Assembly (NCBI GenBank): GCA_032128115.1
Contig: JAQBHB010000077.1
Coordinates: forward strand, 1 to 49,587
Length of the DNA stretch: 49,587 bases
Source of the DNA: Deltaproteobacteria bacterium
GTDB taxonomy: Bacteria; Myxococcota_A; UBA9160; SMWR01
Direction: 5' to 3'
Shown here: positions 1-11,574 of the stretch, piece by piece
Numbering within the stretch: position 1 is the first letter of the stretch
How the letters are laid out: each line of letters opens with the position of its first letter
Position numbers and translations under genes: made by a program
The notes under the pieces: model-generated
Database searches by the model: none
What the model was told of the DNA's origin: nothing
Seen by the model: the letters and a program-made list of their open reading frames with translations, nothing else

Positions 1-2006
1 GCTCCGTCGAGCGTGTTGACGCCGTCGAAGTCGCTGTCCAACGTGCCGTCGCTGTTGTAGCGAACCATAACAAGGTCGTTGTCGGTACCGTTATGGGAAT
101 AGCCGATGACCATGATTTTGCCGTCCGGCATAAGGACAGAATTTCGCCCTAGATCGTTGCCACTGCTGATATCGGTGGTCACGGCGCCGGTGCCGCCGCC
201 AAAGGTCGTGTCCAGAGTGCCGTCCGCGTCGAGCCGCATTACGGCCAGATCGTAGCCTGAGCCGTTCCAAGCCCAGCCTGTCAGAACGACTTTGGCGTCG
301 GCCTGAACGTGGATATCTCTCATCAGGTAAGGTGAATACCCGGCCAGACCCGGGTCGATCGCCACGTAGCCGCTGCCGCTGCCGAAGCTCGTATCCACGG
401 TGCCGTCGGTATTCCAGCGGGCGACGAGGGCGTCTCCGGTGGTGCTTTGATATCCGCTCTGCAGGATCTTGCCGTCGGCCTGAAGTGCGAGGCCAGAAGG
501 GAAATCGTCACTCGCTCCGATATCGAAGGCGGCGAAACCGTTGCCGCCGAAGCTTGTGTCGAGCGTGCCGTTGGTGTTGTAGCGGGCGATGTTGAATGAG
601 CTGGTGGCCCCGTCGCCGCCCTCGACAACCGCGGCCGGTCCGCGGCTGCTGAGCAGGATCTTGCCATCGGGCTGGATCAGGATGTCGCGCCCCAGGTCGG
701 CGCCGCCGCTGTTCCAGTCGCCGGTCACGTAGCCGGCACCGCCGCCGAAGCCGGTGGTGTCGAGAGTACCGTCAGTGTTGTAACGGGCGACGACATAGTC
801 TTCGTCACCCGAAGCGTTGGTTGTGCCACTCACCACGATCTTGCCGTCGGCCTGGATGGCCATGCCCGAGATCGAGTCGCCCCCCCCGAGGTCGGTGGTG
901 ACCTTGCCGCCGGTGCCGAAGGAAGTGTCTATGCTGCCATCGCTGAGGTAACGCGCCAGTCCGAAGTCGTTGTCGGTGCCGTTGTTGACGTTGCCTGATA
1001 CCAGAATCTTGCCGTCGGCGAGGACCTCAACGTTGTTGGCGGAGTCGTTGTTGCCGCTGAAATCGGTGGTCACATAGCCGGCGCCGCCGCCGAAGCTGGT
1101 GTCCAGCGTGCCGTCGGCGTTGTAGCTCCAGATTGTGAAATCGTCGGGGGTGCGGGTGTCGCCCGCGATCAGATACTTGCCGTTGTCCAGCAAGGTGATG
1201 CCGTAGCCATAGTCACCGCCGATGCCGCTGTCCCAGGTGGATATGCCATCCCCGCTGCCGGCGGTGGTGAACGAGGGGGCGGTGTTGGCCGGCAGCACGT
1301 ATGACCAATTCGCTTGGAACTGCGTGCTAACGGCGATGGCCGTTTCCACGTCGCCGGTGTGGTATTCGAGGTCCCAGTCGCCGCCGAGCAGCGCGCTGCC
1401 GGTCAGGTCTTCGCTGGCGGCGACGTCGGCCCCGCTCAGCGCGGCGATGGAGTCGACGAAGGCCTCGCCCTCCGCGCTGCCCGCCAGGTCGCAGCCGTAG
1501 AAGAGCAGGTCCGCATTGCCCGAGAGTGCGTCCGCCCAGCTGGAGATCGCGTCGCGGTGGGAGTCGAGGTTGCCGCTGTCGAGCCGCGTGGCGCCGAGCG
1601 CCACCGACCCCTGGCTGCCGTGGGAGACGATGTGCACCGCATCCAGGTCGCTGTAGTCGAGGAGGGTCTCGGTGATCTGCTCGATCCCGTCGCGCCCGGC
1701 GTCGAGCAGCACGACCTCCAGGGAGCGGCTCAGCGAAGCCTGCGAGCGGAGGTCCTCCACCAGCTGCTCGTAGCCCTCGGTGCCGGTGTCCACGAACACC
1801 AGCTCGTGGCGGTGTGCGGCGAAGTCGTCGGTGGGTCCGGCTTCGTTCTCGAAGAGTTCCATCCGGACGGCGGGGTCGTCAGTGGGGGCATCCTCCCCCA
1901 GCTGGTCCAGGAGTACCGGCCCGATGTCCGCTGAGAAGAGCGTCCGCTTCTCGAGGGTCTCGAAGAGGGGGCGGTGAGATTTTGCTATGGGGGGTTTCTT
2001 GTTCAT
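1..2006 (-). CDS. Large secreted/surface protein (5' part only): LEPRxLL-type N-terminus, DUF4347 domain, delta-60 (DUF5122-like) beta-propeller repeats
   Basis: Translated by hand; absent from the ORF track because it runs off the left edge. ATG 2006 gives MNKKPPIAKSHRPLFETLEKRTLFSAD, then DUF4347 motifs (LVFVD, HIVSHG, LLFYGCD, ADVAASEDLTG..LGGDWDLE) and repeated QADGKI..G / ARYNxDGTLDTSFG units; same frame at position 3. Confidence 0.88.
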   Translation of the reverse strand, partial: MNKKPPIAKSHRPLFETLEKRTLFSADIGPVLLDQLGEDAPTDDPAVRMELFENEAGPTDDFAAHRHELVFVDTGTEGYEQLVEDLRSQASLSRSLEVVLLDAGRDGIEQITETLLDYSDLDAVHIVSHGSQGSVALGATRLDSGNLDSHRDAISSWADALSGNADLLFYGCDLAGSAEGEAFVDSIAALSGADVAASEDLTGSALLGGDWDLEYHTGDVETAIAVSTQFQANWSYVLPANTAPSFTTAGSGDGISTWDSGIGGDYGYGITLLDNGKYLIAGDTRTPDDFTIWSYNADGTLDTSFGGGAGYVTTDFSGNNDSANNVEVLADGKILVSGNVNNGTDNDFGLARYLSDGSIDTSFGTGGKVTTDLGGGDSISGMAIQADGKIVVSGTTNASGDEDYVVARYNTDGTLDTTGFGGGAGYVTGDWNSGGADLGRDILIQPDGKILLSSRGPAAVVEGGDGATSSFNIARYNTNGTLDTSFGGNGFAAFDIGASDDFPSGLALQADGKILQSGYQSTTGDALVARWNTDGTVDTSFGSGSGYVAIDPGLAGYSPYLMRDIHVQADAKVVLTGWAWNGSGYDLAVMRLDADGTLDTTFGGGTGAVTTDISSGNDLGRNSVLMPDGKIMVIGYSHNGTDNDLVMVRYNSDGTLDSDFDGVNTLDG

Positions 2007-2333
2007 TTCGGCTAAAGGCTTGAAACAGAAATAGAAATCGCTCTTCACGTATCGTCATCTCAGCGATTCTTCAGCAGTCATTTTGGGGTTGTTTTCACCC
2101 ATATAATTCTCTTGAGTTGTCGGGATCTTCAAGCCTGGCATGCGTCGAAGCTGCGCCCGTTCCCCCTGGGAGATTCTTCGGGGAGGGGTCGGGCGGAGCC
2201 CCACACCGGGATCGATGGCTTCCCCGTGGGGAAATGGCTGGGCGGTCTCGAGTTGAGCGCTCGTGCCCGGAGTCTCGTCCGAGCAGGAAGCCCGGATCAG
2301 ATCGGTTGGACGATCGTTTGAGGTGCGTTGGGC

Positions 2334-2420
2334 TGGTGCGGCAGAGAGGATTCGAACCTCCACGGGGTTACCCCCGCCAGCCCCTCAAGCTGGTGCGTCT
2401 ACCAATTCCGCCACTGCCGC
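2334..2420 (-). tRNA. tRNA-Leu(GAG)
   Basis: GCGGCAGTGGCGGAATTGGTAGACGC...anticodon arm CCAGC-TTGAGGG-GCTGG, long variable arm, GGTTCGAATCC, CCA end; usual position after secG. Confidence 0.97.
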
Positions 2421-2432
2421 AGACCCAATGTC

Positions 2433-2783
2433 TCAGGGATTCTCTTCGTCTACCTCAGGAGTCTCCACCAACTCCGGCGTGACTTCTTCGAAGATCGACT
2501 CCTCGCTCACCACGGGATCCTCGATCGCGCCCTGGAACAGCTGCTCACTCGAGTCGGTGTTCGATAGGTACGAGAGCGCCAGACTCGTGAGCATGAATAC
2601 GATGGCGCAGCCGGTGGTGAGCTTGGTCAGGAAATTTCCGGCGCCGCGGCTTCCGAAGACGGTCGAGCTTGCGCCGCTGCCGAAGACGGCGCCGATCTCC
2701 GCACCCTTGCCGCGCTGCAGCAGCACCACAGCCACCAGGAACACGCACACGAAGACATGGAGCATCGTGAGAAACAGGTTCAT
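2433..2783 (-). CDS. secG: Preprotein translocase subunit SecG
   Basis: VLLQRGKGAEIGAVFGSG...FGSRGAGNFLTKLT, two TM segments; ATG 2783 overlaps the tpiA stop. Confidence 0.96.
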   Translation of the reverse strand: MNLFLTMLHVFVCVFLVAVVLLQRGKGAEIGAVFGSGASSTVFGSRGAGNFLTKLTTGCAIVFMLTSLALSYLSNTDSSEQLFQGAIEDPVVSEESIFEEVTPELVETPEVDEENP

Positions 2784-3547
2784 GCCGCGTCTCCCTGGGA
2801 CTCGAACGACACGATCCGCGAGAAGGCCTCCGGATCCAGGCTGGCGCCCCCCACCAGGGCCCCATCGATGTCGGGCTGCTGCATGAGAGCGTACACGTTC
2901 TCGGGCTTCACCGAGCCCCCATATTGGATCCGGATCTTTTCGGCCGCCGGCCCGAACAGCGCGCCCAGACGTTCGCGCACGAAGGCGTGGGTTGCCTGTG
3001 CGATCTCCGGCGTGGCGGTGCGGCCGGTTCCGATGGCCCACACCGGCTCGTAGGCCACCACGATTTCGGCGGCGCGCGCTTTCGGGATCCGGGCCAGGCT
3101 GCCCTCGAGCTGGCTCGCAAGCACCTGGAAGGTGCGGCCCGACTCGCGTTCGTCCAGGGATTCACCCACGCAGACGATCGGAAGGATGTCGTGGCTGAGC
3201 AGGGTCAGGGCCTTGCGAGCGATGAGCTCGTCGTTCTCGCCGTAGAGGCTGCGACGTTCGCTGTGGCCGACGATCGCCCAGGAGCAGCCCAGGTCGACCA
3301 GCATGCCCGGCGAAATCTCGCCGGTGAAGGCTCCCTTCTCCTCCGGGTTCACGTTCTGGGCGGCCAGGGCCACGGCCGAACCGGACAGGCCGCGGCCCAC
3401 ACAGTCGAGGGCGGTAAACGGCACCGCCAGCACCACGTCCACGTCGCGGGCGTCCTTCACCCGGGGCAGGAAGTCCTCGACGAAGGCGACGGCCTCGTCG
3501 CGGGTCTTGTGCATCTTCCAGTTGGCGGCCTGGATCGGTCTTCGCAT
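2780..3547 (-). CDS. tpiA: Triosephosphate isomerase
   Basis: NWKM, GHSERR, AYEPVWAIGTG, YGGSV, LVGGASL motifs. Confidence 0.99.
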   Translation of the reverse strand: MRRPIQAANWKMHKTRDEAVAFVEDFLPRVKDARDVDVVLAVPFTALDCVGRGLSGSAVALAAQNVNPEEKGAFTGEISPGMLVDLGCSWAIVGHSERRSLYGENDELIARKALTLLSHDILPIVCVGESLDERESGRTFQVLASQLEGSLARIPKARAAEIVVAYEPVWAIGTGRTATPEIAQATHAFVRERLGALFGPAAEKIRIQYGGSVKPENVYALMQQPDIDGALVGGASLDPEAFSRIVSFESQGDAA

Positions 3548-3548
3548 G

Positions 3549-4730
3549 TCAGTCCCTCAGGGCCTCGACGCCCGGAAGGGGCAGCCCCTGCACGTACTCG
3601 AGCGAGGCGCCGCCTCCCGTGGAGAGGTGTCCGATGCGGTCGCCCACGCCCAGGCGGTTCACCGCCGCCAGGGAGTCGCCGCCGCCCACCACGCTGGTGG
3701 CCTTGCTCTGGGCCACCGCCTCGGCCACCGTCTCGGTGCCGGCGGCGAAGTCCTTGATTTCGAAGACGCCCATGGGCCCGTTCCAGAACAGGGTGCGTGC
3801 ATTGCGGGCTTCCCGGGCGAAGAGCCTGGCGGTTTCGGGGCCGATGTCCACACCGATCCAGCCGTCCGGGATCCGGCTCACCACGCGGGACGGCGCGCCG
3901 GCTTCCAGCCGTTGGGCCACCAGGTGATCGGTGGGCAACAGCAGGCGGCGCCCGGCCGCCTCGGCGGCGCGCGTCACGCGGCGGGCATCCTCCAGGCGAT
4001 CCGGCTCCACCAGGGACTCTCCCACCGGCTCGTCTCGACTGGCGAGAAACGTGTACGCCATGGCTCCACCGATGGCGAGCACCTCCGCGTGGGGAGCCAG
4101 GGCCTCGAGCACCGCCAGCTTGTCCGAGACCTTGGCGCCACCCAGGATCACCAGCAGCGGTCGCTCCGGGTCGCGGATCACCGACAGGTGATCGAGTTCG
4201 GCCTGGAGCAGATCCCCCGCGGCCCGGCGCGCCACCAGGCGAGCGATGCCGGTGGTGGAGGCGTGGGCCCGGTGGGCCGTGCCGAAGGCGTCGTTCACGT
4301 ACACGTCGGCGAGGCTCGCCAGGGCCCGGGCGAAGTCGGGATCGTTGCGCTCCTCACCCGCGTGGAAGCGCAGGTTCTCCAGCAGCAGCACCTGGCCCGG
4401 CTCGAGATTCGCGATGGCGGCGGCCGGAGCGTCGCCGATGCAATCGTCGCAGAAGGAGACCCCGGTTCCCAGCAGGTTCGCCAGACGCGGCGCCAGTAGC
4501 CGCAGCGACAACTCGGGGCGGCGCTCGCCGTGCGGGCGTCCCAGGTGCGAGGCCACCACGATGCGTGCACCTGCCTCACGCAGCCGTTGCAGGGTGGGAA
4601 GCGATGCGCGCACGCGGGTGTCGTCGGACACCACGCCATCGCGCAGGGGAACGTTCAGGTCGACGCGCACGAAGACGCGATCGCCGCGCACCCCTTCGGC
4701 GAGAAGCGAGCCGAGATCCCGGATCGCCAC
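3549..4730 (-). CDS. pgk: Phosphoglycerate kinase
   Basis: RVDLNVP, SHLGRP, LENLRF, NDAFGTAHRAHAS, GGAKVSDK, STGGGASLE. Confidence 0.99.
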   Translation of the reverse strand: MAIRDLGSLLAEGVRGDRVFVRVDLNVPLRDGVVSDDTRVRASLPTLQRLREAGARIVVASHLGRPHGERRPELSLRLLAPRLANLLGTGVSFCDDCIGDAPAAAIANLEPGQVLLLENLRFHAGEERNDPDFARALASLADVYVNDAFGTAHRAHASTTGIARLVARRAAGDLLQAELDHLSVIRDPERPLLVILGGAKVSDKLAVLEALAPHAEVLAIGGAMAYTFLASRDEPVGESLVEPDRLEDARRVTRAAEAAGRRLLLPTDHLVAQRLEAGAPSRVVSRIPDGWIGVDIGPETARLFAREARNARTLFWNGPMGVFEIKDFAAGTETVAEAVAQSKATSVVGGGDSLAAVNRLGVGDRIGHLSTGGGASLEYVQGLPLPGVEALRD

Positions 4731-4737
4731 GCCGGGT

Positions 4738-6289
<1,552 letters not shown>

Positions 6290-6293
<4 letters not shown>

Positions 6294-8731
6294 GTGAGGG
6301 CGTGGGTTCCTTCCGGCTCCGGCGCGAACGCGCGGGCGGGCTTGGGGGGCTGGCGTTGCTGCTGGCGCTGGTCCTGGCGGGTGGCGCCTGGGTTCGCGAT
6401 CTGCACCGGCGCTCCGAGGCGCGCGGTGCATTTCCGCAGGTTGAAGGACGCATTGCCGTGGCGGGCGTGGAGGCGGCGGTGGAGATCTACCGGGACGCCC
6501 GCGGCGTTCCCCACATCGAGGCCCAGACCGAGCGGGATGCGTACTTCGCGCTGGGGTTCGTTCACGCCCAGGATCGGTTGGCCCAGATGTTGTGGCTGAC
6601 GAGGACCGCGCGGGGGCGCATTGCGGAGATCATCGGCCCCGACGGGCTGGCCTCGGACCGGGAGGCGCGCCTGCTGGATCTGGGCGGCGCGGCCGATCGG
6701 CGCTGGCGGAAGCTGGATGCCGACACACGCGCGGTCCTGATGGCCTACGCCGCCGGTGTGAACGCGCGCATCGATCGCATTCGCGCGGGCCACTGCGCAC
6801 CGCCGTTGGCCCTGCAGCGCGCGGGTCTGCCGCTGGAGGAGTGGAAACCCGCGGATTCGCTCGCCGTGGTCAAGCTCTACGCGTGGGGCCTGTCGGGAAC
6901 GCTCGATGTGAGTCTGGTGCTGTCCGAGGTGATCGCGCGCCTGGGTGGCTTCGAGGCGCGGCGCTTCTTTCCCTACGGATCCGGAATTCCGGAAGACATC
7001 GCGCCGGGGGTGACGGCGGGTCTTTCGGGCATCGGGACGCCCGACCCCCTGCGTCGGGCGGCCGGTCTCTCGGGGCGGACGATCGGCAGCAGCGCCTGGG
7101 TGCTGGGGGGCGCGCTCACCGTGAGCGGCATGCCGCTGCTGGTGGCCGATTCGCACCTGGAGCCGACGGTGCCGGCGTACTTCCACATCGATCACCTGCG
7201 CGGGGGCGAACTGGACGTGGCGGGCGCGACACTGCCCGGGGTTCCGGTGGTCTGGACCGGGCGCAACCGCGGCGTGGCCTGGGCGTCAACGGCCGCCCGG
7301 GTCGTGACGACGGACCTCTATGTGGAGACCCTCGATCCCAACGATCCCCACCTCTATCACGACGGGCGCACCTGGCGACGCCTGGAAGAGCGGCGGGAGT
7401 CGATCGCAGTGCGCGGCCAACGGGACGAGGAGTTCGTGGTTCGCGCAACCGAACGGGGGCCGCTTCTGGAGATCCCGCGCCACACGGGCGGTGAGCCGAT
7501 CGCGGTCTCGTGGGTGGGTACCCGGATACCGGATGTGCGCAGCATCGCCTCGTTGCTGGCTGTGGCGCGTGCCGCGGATGCGGAGGCCCTGCGCGAGGCG
7601 CTGGTGAAACACCACGAGCCGACCCTGGCGATCGTGTATGCCGATGCCGCGGGCGCGGCGGGCATGCAGGTGGCGGGCTGGATCCCCCGACGCGAACTCC
7701 CCTCCGGATTGGTGCCGCTGCCGGGTCGGGCGCCCTGGTACGACTGGAAGGGCCGGGTGCCCTTCGAGGAGCTGCCGCGCATTGTCCTCGAGGGCGGGGC
7801 CGGGTGGACGATCGCCGCCGACAACCCGCTCCGGGGTACGGGGCCGGCCGAGCCGGTCGAGTGGCTGTGGCGAACCGGCGAGCGCGCGCGCCGCATCGAC
7901 GCGCTGCTGACTGCGGCCGTCGCCGAGGGACCCGTCGACCTGCTGCGCATTGCGGCCCTGCAAGCGGACGTTGCGGCTTCTCGGGCCCGGGCGCTGATGC
8001 AGGCGTCGCTCGAGCTGGCGGGAAGCCCGACGGAACTGGACGCCGAGGCGCGCGAGGTGGCGGGGTTGATGCGGACGTGGGACGGACGCGCCGACGCCGA
8101 CAGCGTCGGGTCCGCCGCCTATCACGTGTTTCTCGAGTGCCTGATCGAGCAGCTCTTCCGCGATGCGCTGGGACCGGAGTTGATGCGACGCTACCTGTCG
8201 CTTCCCCACGTGGACCCGAGCCACGCGGTCTTCGAGATCGTGAGCGATTCCATCGCCGGCGCCTCCGACACCTGGACCCGGCGGGCCCGGGTGAGCAAAG
8301 CGGTGAATGCGAGCCTGCGCGAGGCCTGGTTGCGGCTTTCCTATCGACTGGGGACGAACCGCCAGAAGTGGAACTGGGGACGATTGCATCCCCTTCGATT
8401 CCAGCCCTTCGGACCCGGCGGCGCCGGTCTCGATGCGCTCGGCCCCATCGCCTACGGCGGAAGCTCCGCGACGGTGAGCGTGGCCGAGTACGACAGCGCC
8501 GATCCCTTCCGCGTGCGCGTGGCCTCCACGTTCCGCTTCGCAGTGGACGCCCAGGAGCTGGACGAGGCGCTGGTGTCGATCGCGCCCGGTCAGTCGGAGC
8601 ACCCCGGACATCCCCACTTCGACGACGGTCTGGACGACTGGTTGAAGGGGCGTTCGCGCCTGTTGGCCACGAGTCGTCTGTTGGTTGCGGAGACGAGCGT
8701 CTCCCGCCTGGTCCTGGAGCCGCGCCCGTGA
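6290..8731 (+). CDS. Penicillin acylase family (Ntn-hydrolase, S45) protein
   Basis: RDARGVPHI, GFVHAQDRLAQM, beta-subunit start GSSAW, PGQSEHPGHPHFDD; N-terminal TM; GTGA overlap with the acpS stop. Confidence 0.9.
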
Positions 8732-8761
8732 TCGCGTGGCGCGCAATACGGCGGCCCTGAC

Positions 8762-9838
8762 GTGGCGCGCATCATCGTCTTTGCCGAGGTGCCGGATTTC
8801 TACGCCGCGATCGAACGCCGGGACGGCGCCAGCGACGACCCGAGACCCGTGCTCGTGGGGGGCGATCCCCGCCGGCGCGGCGAGGTGCAGTCGGCCACGC
8901 CGGACGCGCGCGCTGCGGGCGTTGCGATCGGAATGCCCATGATCGAGGCCCTGCGCCTGTGTCCGCGGGCGCGAACCGTGCGCACGGATGTGGCCCGCTA
9001 CAACGAAGTCTCCCGTCGTCTGATGGCGTGCCTGCGTCGCGGCTTCCAGCGACTGGAGCCGTTCGGGCGCAGCAGCGCGTACTTCGACGTGACCGGAGTG
9101 CTCGAGAGCGGCGAGGACATTGCCGAGCGCCTGCGCGTGCAGGTGCGCGAGGGTCTGGGCCTGCCGCTTCGCGTGGGCATCGCCTCCGGGAAGTCGCTGG
9201 CCCGTCTGGCGGCGCAGGAATGTCAGGGGGCGGACGGCGAAGGCGGCGTGCATCGCATCCCCGCTGGAACGGAAGAGGCCTTCCTCGGGCCACTGCCGGC
9301 CAGTCTTCTGGAGGGGGTGGGCCAGAAGACCACGGCTCGTCTGGCCGAGCTGGGGGCCACCACGATCCGTGACGTGGTGGCGATGGGTCGAGGTCGGCTG
9401 GAGGAGGAATTCGGCCGCAACGGCCTGCGGATCTTCGCCTTTGCCTCGGGCCGCGACGACGCCCCCGTACGGGCCACGCGCCATCCGAAGAGCCTGAGCC
9501 GGGAGGCCACGGTCCGGGGTGAGGGGCTCGACCAGGCCGCCCTGTCGGAGTACCTCCAGAACCTCGCCCACCAGCTTGCGGAGGAGCTTCTGGCTCAGGG
9601 CCTGTGCGCCTCGCGGGTGATCCTCAAGCTCCGATACGAAGACCAGGTCACCACGCGCAGCCGCACGCTGGCCGGCGTCTGCCGCCAGGCTGCGGAGATC
9701 CAGGAGGTGGCGGCGGAGCTTCTGAGCCAGATCCAGGGAGGAGCTCGGTCCCTGCGCGGGCTCGGGATCCAGCTGTCCAAGCTGGCCCCAGCGGCCGAGG
9801 CCGGCCGGCAACTCGAGCTCTTCTCTCGCCGCCGCTGA
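8762..9838 (+). CDS. Y-family DNA polymerase IV (DinB)-like protein, catalytic acidic residues degenerate
   Basis: DFYAAIE, ARAAGVAIGMP..EALRLCP, LEGVGQKT (HhH), KSLSREAT little finger, C-terminal QLELF. Confidence 0.88.
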   Translation: MARIIVFAEVPDFYAAIERRDGASDDPRPVLVGGDPRRRGEVQSATPDARAAGVAIGMPMIEALRLCPRARTVRTDVARYNEVSRRLMACLRRGFQRLEPFGRSSAYFDVTGVLESGEDIAERLRVQVREGLGLPLRVGIASGKSLARLAAQECQGADGEGGVHRIPAGTEEAFLGPLPASLLEGVGQKTTARLAELGATTIRDVVAMGRGRLEEEFGRNGLRIFAFASGRDDAPVRATRHPKSLSREATVRGEGLDQAALSEYLQNLAHQLAEELLAQGLCASRVILKLRYEDQVTTRSRTLAGVCRQAAEIQEVAAELLSQIQGGARSLRGLGIQLSKLAPAAEAGRQLELFSRRR

Positions 9839-9858
9839 GACCGTTTCCGCCCCTCGTC

Positions 9859-9886
9859 TCAAGCCGATCCCGGTGCAGGCCGAAGC
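9859..9886 (+). promoter_or_regulatory. Putative sigma28 (FliA) promoter upstream of the PilZ gene
   Basis: TCAA(G)-N16-GCCGAAGC. Confidence 0.6.
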
Positions 9887-9922
9887 AGAGGTCGGGTGGC
9901 CTTTCGGCCACGACGGGCCGCC

Positions 9923-10270
9923 ATGCAGTCGCTCGCCAACGACAGACCGGACAAGCGCAAGTACTCGCGCATCGACACGGACCAGGTCATCTCGTTCTCC
10001 CACGTGGACGAGCGGGAGCTGCTCGGCGTGAGTCGAGACCTCTCCAAGGGAGGCATTCGCTTCGAGGCCGTGGGCTGCGAGATCGCTCTGGGCGACACCC
10101 TGCGCGTCACCTTCAATGTGGGCGATCACACGGCGGTGGCCACGGGGCGCGTGGCGTGGTGCACGGAGATGGACCCCATCACCATGGACGTGGGGATCGA
10201 GTTCCTGGACGTGGACGAGGACACGATTCGCCTGATTGACGAGTTCTTCGCTCCCGAGGTCTCCGGCTAG
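9923..10270 (+). CDS. Single-domain PilZ protein (c-di-GMP receptor)
   Basis: RKYSR (RxxxR) and DLSKGG (D/NxSxxG), then GRVAW and GIEF; alternative GTG start at 9896. Confidence 0.88.
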   Translation: MQSLANDRPDKRKYSRIDTDQVISFSHVDERELLGVSRDLSKGGIRFEAVGCEIALGDTLRVTFNVGDHTAVATGRVAWCTEMDPITMDVGIEFLDVDEDTIRLIDEFFAPEVSG

Positions 10271-10283
10271 GGCGCTCCCAGCC

Positions 10284-10313
10284 TTGACAGGGCCGGGGCG
10301 GTAGTGCCACGGT
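10284..10313 (+). promoter_or_regulatory. Possible sigma70 promoter for the GpgS-like gene
   Basis: TTGACA-N18-CACGGT with TG just upstream of the -10; would give a near-leaderless mRNA. Confidence 0.35.
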
Positions 10314-10322
10314 TGCCCGCCG

Positions 10323-11555
10323 ATGTCGGACTTCCATCAGAGCGGTGTCATCACCACACTCCATCGTCTGGGCCCCCCCGGCCTCGAGCGGCTGGAAGAA
10401 GAGCTGCTCCAGTACAGTTACTCCCGGCCCATTGCGCTGGTGCTTCCGTCCCTGAGCTCGGAGCTCAAGGGCGAGGGGCTCAAGGGAATCATCGACGTCC
10501 TGCGCGGAGTGAAATACCTGCGCCAGGTGGTGGTGAGCCTGTCCGGGAACGCGGACCCCAGCGAGTACGAGGCCATGCGCGATGCCTTCGAGGGCGTGCG
10601 CACCCTGCGCGACGAGCCGGTCACGATCCTCTGGAACACGGGCCCTCGGGTGAGCTCGCTGTACCGCAAGCTCGCGGCCGAGGGGCTCGACCCGGGCTCG
10701 AACGGCAAGGGCCGCAGCACCTGGCTCGCGTACGGATATGTCCTGGCGTGCGAGGAGTCGCGCGTGATCGCCGTCCACGACTGCGACATCCGCGACTACC
10801 AGCGGGAGATGCTGGCCCGCCTCTGCTACCCGACCACTGCCCCGGTGCTCAACTACGAGTTTGCCAAGGGCTACTACGGCCGCGTGACGCACCGGCTCTA
10901 CGGTCGCGTAACGCGCCTGTTCGTCACGCCCCTGCTGCGCGCCATGAAGGCGGTGCTCGGCAGTCTTCCGCTGCTGGAGTTCCTGGATTCGTTTCGTTAC
11001 CCGTTGGCGGGCGAGTGCTCGCTCACCACGGACCTGGCCCGCGCCACGCGTATTCCCAGCGACTGGGGGCTCGAGGTGGGCATGCTGGTCGAGGTGTACC
11101 GGAACTGTGCCGCCAAACGGATCTGTCAGGTGGAGCTCACCGAGAACTACGACCACAAGCACCAGGAGCTGTCCGAGACCGACGCCACCCGCGGGCTGCA
11201 CCGCATGGTGGGCGACATCGCGTCGTCGTTGATCCGCAACCTGGCGAGCTACGGCGTGGAGTTCGACTCGGGCTTCCTGAACACCGTGACTGCCGCCTAC
11301 CTGCGCAAGGCCCAGGATGCCATCGCCTCCTACAGCGACGACGCGGCCTTGAACGGGCTGGTGTTCGACCGGCACGAGGAGGAGGTGGCGGTGGAGACGT
11401 TCTCGCGGGCCCTTGCGGGAGCGGGACTGGGCTTCGTGCGCGATCCCATGGGTGCGCCGCAGATCCCGAACTGGAATCGCGTGGCCTCGGGTCTGCCCGG
11501 GTTCCTTCACGAACTCCGCGACGCCGTCGAGGCCGACACAGCCGAGCGCAATTGA
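10323..11555 (+). CDS. Glucosyl-3-phosphoglycerate synthase-type glycosyltransferase (GT-A)
   Basis: MSDFHQSGVITTLH, GKGR, HDCDI, KGYYGR..LYGRVTRLFVTPL, RYPLAGE, DWGLEVG, YDHKHQ, typical of the ~400-aa GpgS family. Confidence 0.75.
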   Translation: MSDFHQSGVITTLHRLGPPGLERLEEELLQYSYSRPIALVLPSLSSELKGEGLKGIIDVLRGVKYLRQVVVSLSGNADPSEYEAMRDAFEGVRTLRDEPVTILWNTGPRVSSLYRKLAAEGLDPGSNGKGRSTWLAYGYVLACEESRVIAVHDCDIRDYQREMLARLCYPTTAPVLNYEFAKGYYGRVTHRLYGRVTRLFVTPLLRAMKAVLGSLPLLEFLDSFRYPLAGECSLTTDLARATRIPSDWGLEVGMLVEVYRNCAAKRICQVELTENYDHKHQELSETDATRGLHRMVGDIASSLIRNLASYGVEFDSGFLNTVTAAYLRKAQDAIASYSDDAALNGLVFDRHEEEVAVETFSRALAGAGLGFVRDPMGAPQIPNWNRVASGLPGFLHELRDAVEADTAERN

Positions 11556-11556
11556 A

Positions 11557-11573
11557 CGCCCCCGTCAGGGGCG
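11557..11573. terminator. GC hairpin between convergent gpgS-like and lon genes
   Basis: CGCCCC-CGTCA-GGGGCG; no strong U tract. Confidence 0.3.
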
Positions 11574-11574
11574 G

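Noticed and set aside
2007..2333. Riboswitch or sigma28/sigma54 promoter upstream of the surface protein
   Set aside because: Small hairpins only; GACGATAC lacks TCAA at the 16-nt spacing; no recognisable aptamer. An Rfam scan would be decisive.
7286..10129. 947-aa minus-strand ORF and similar long shadow ORFs (11413-14037 +, 13976-16144 -, 19086-21467 -, 21464-24484 -, 25373-27187 +, 38659-40353 -)
   Set aside because: Antisense or off-frame to well-supported genes, no motifs; expected in high-GC DNA.
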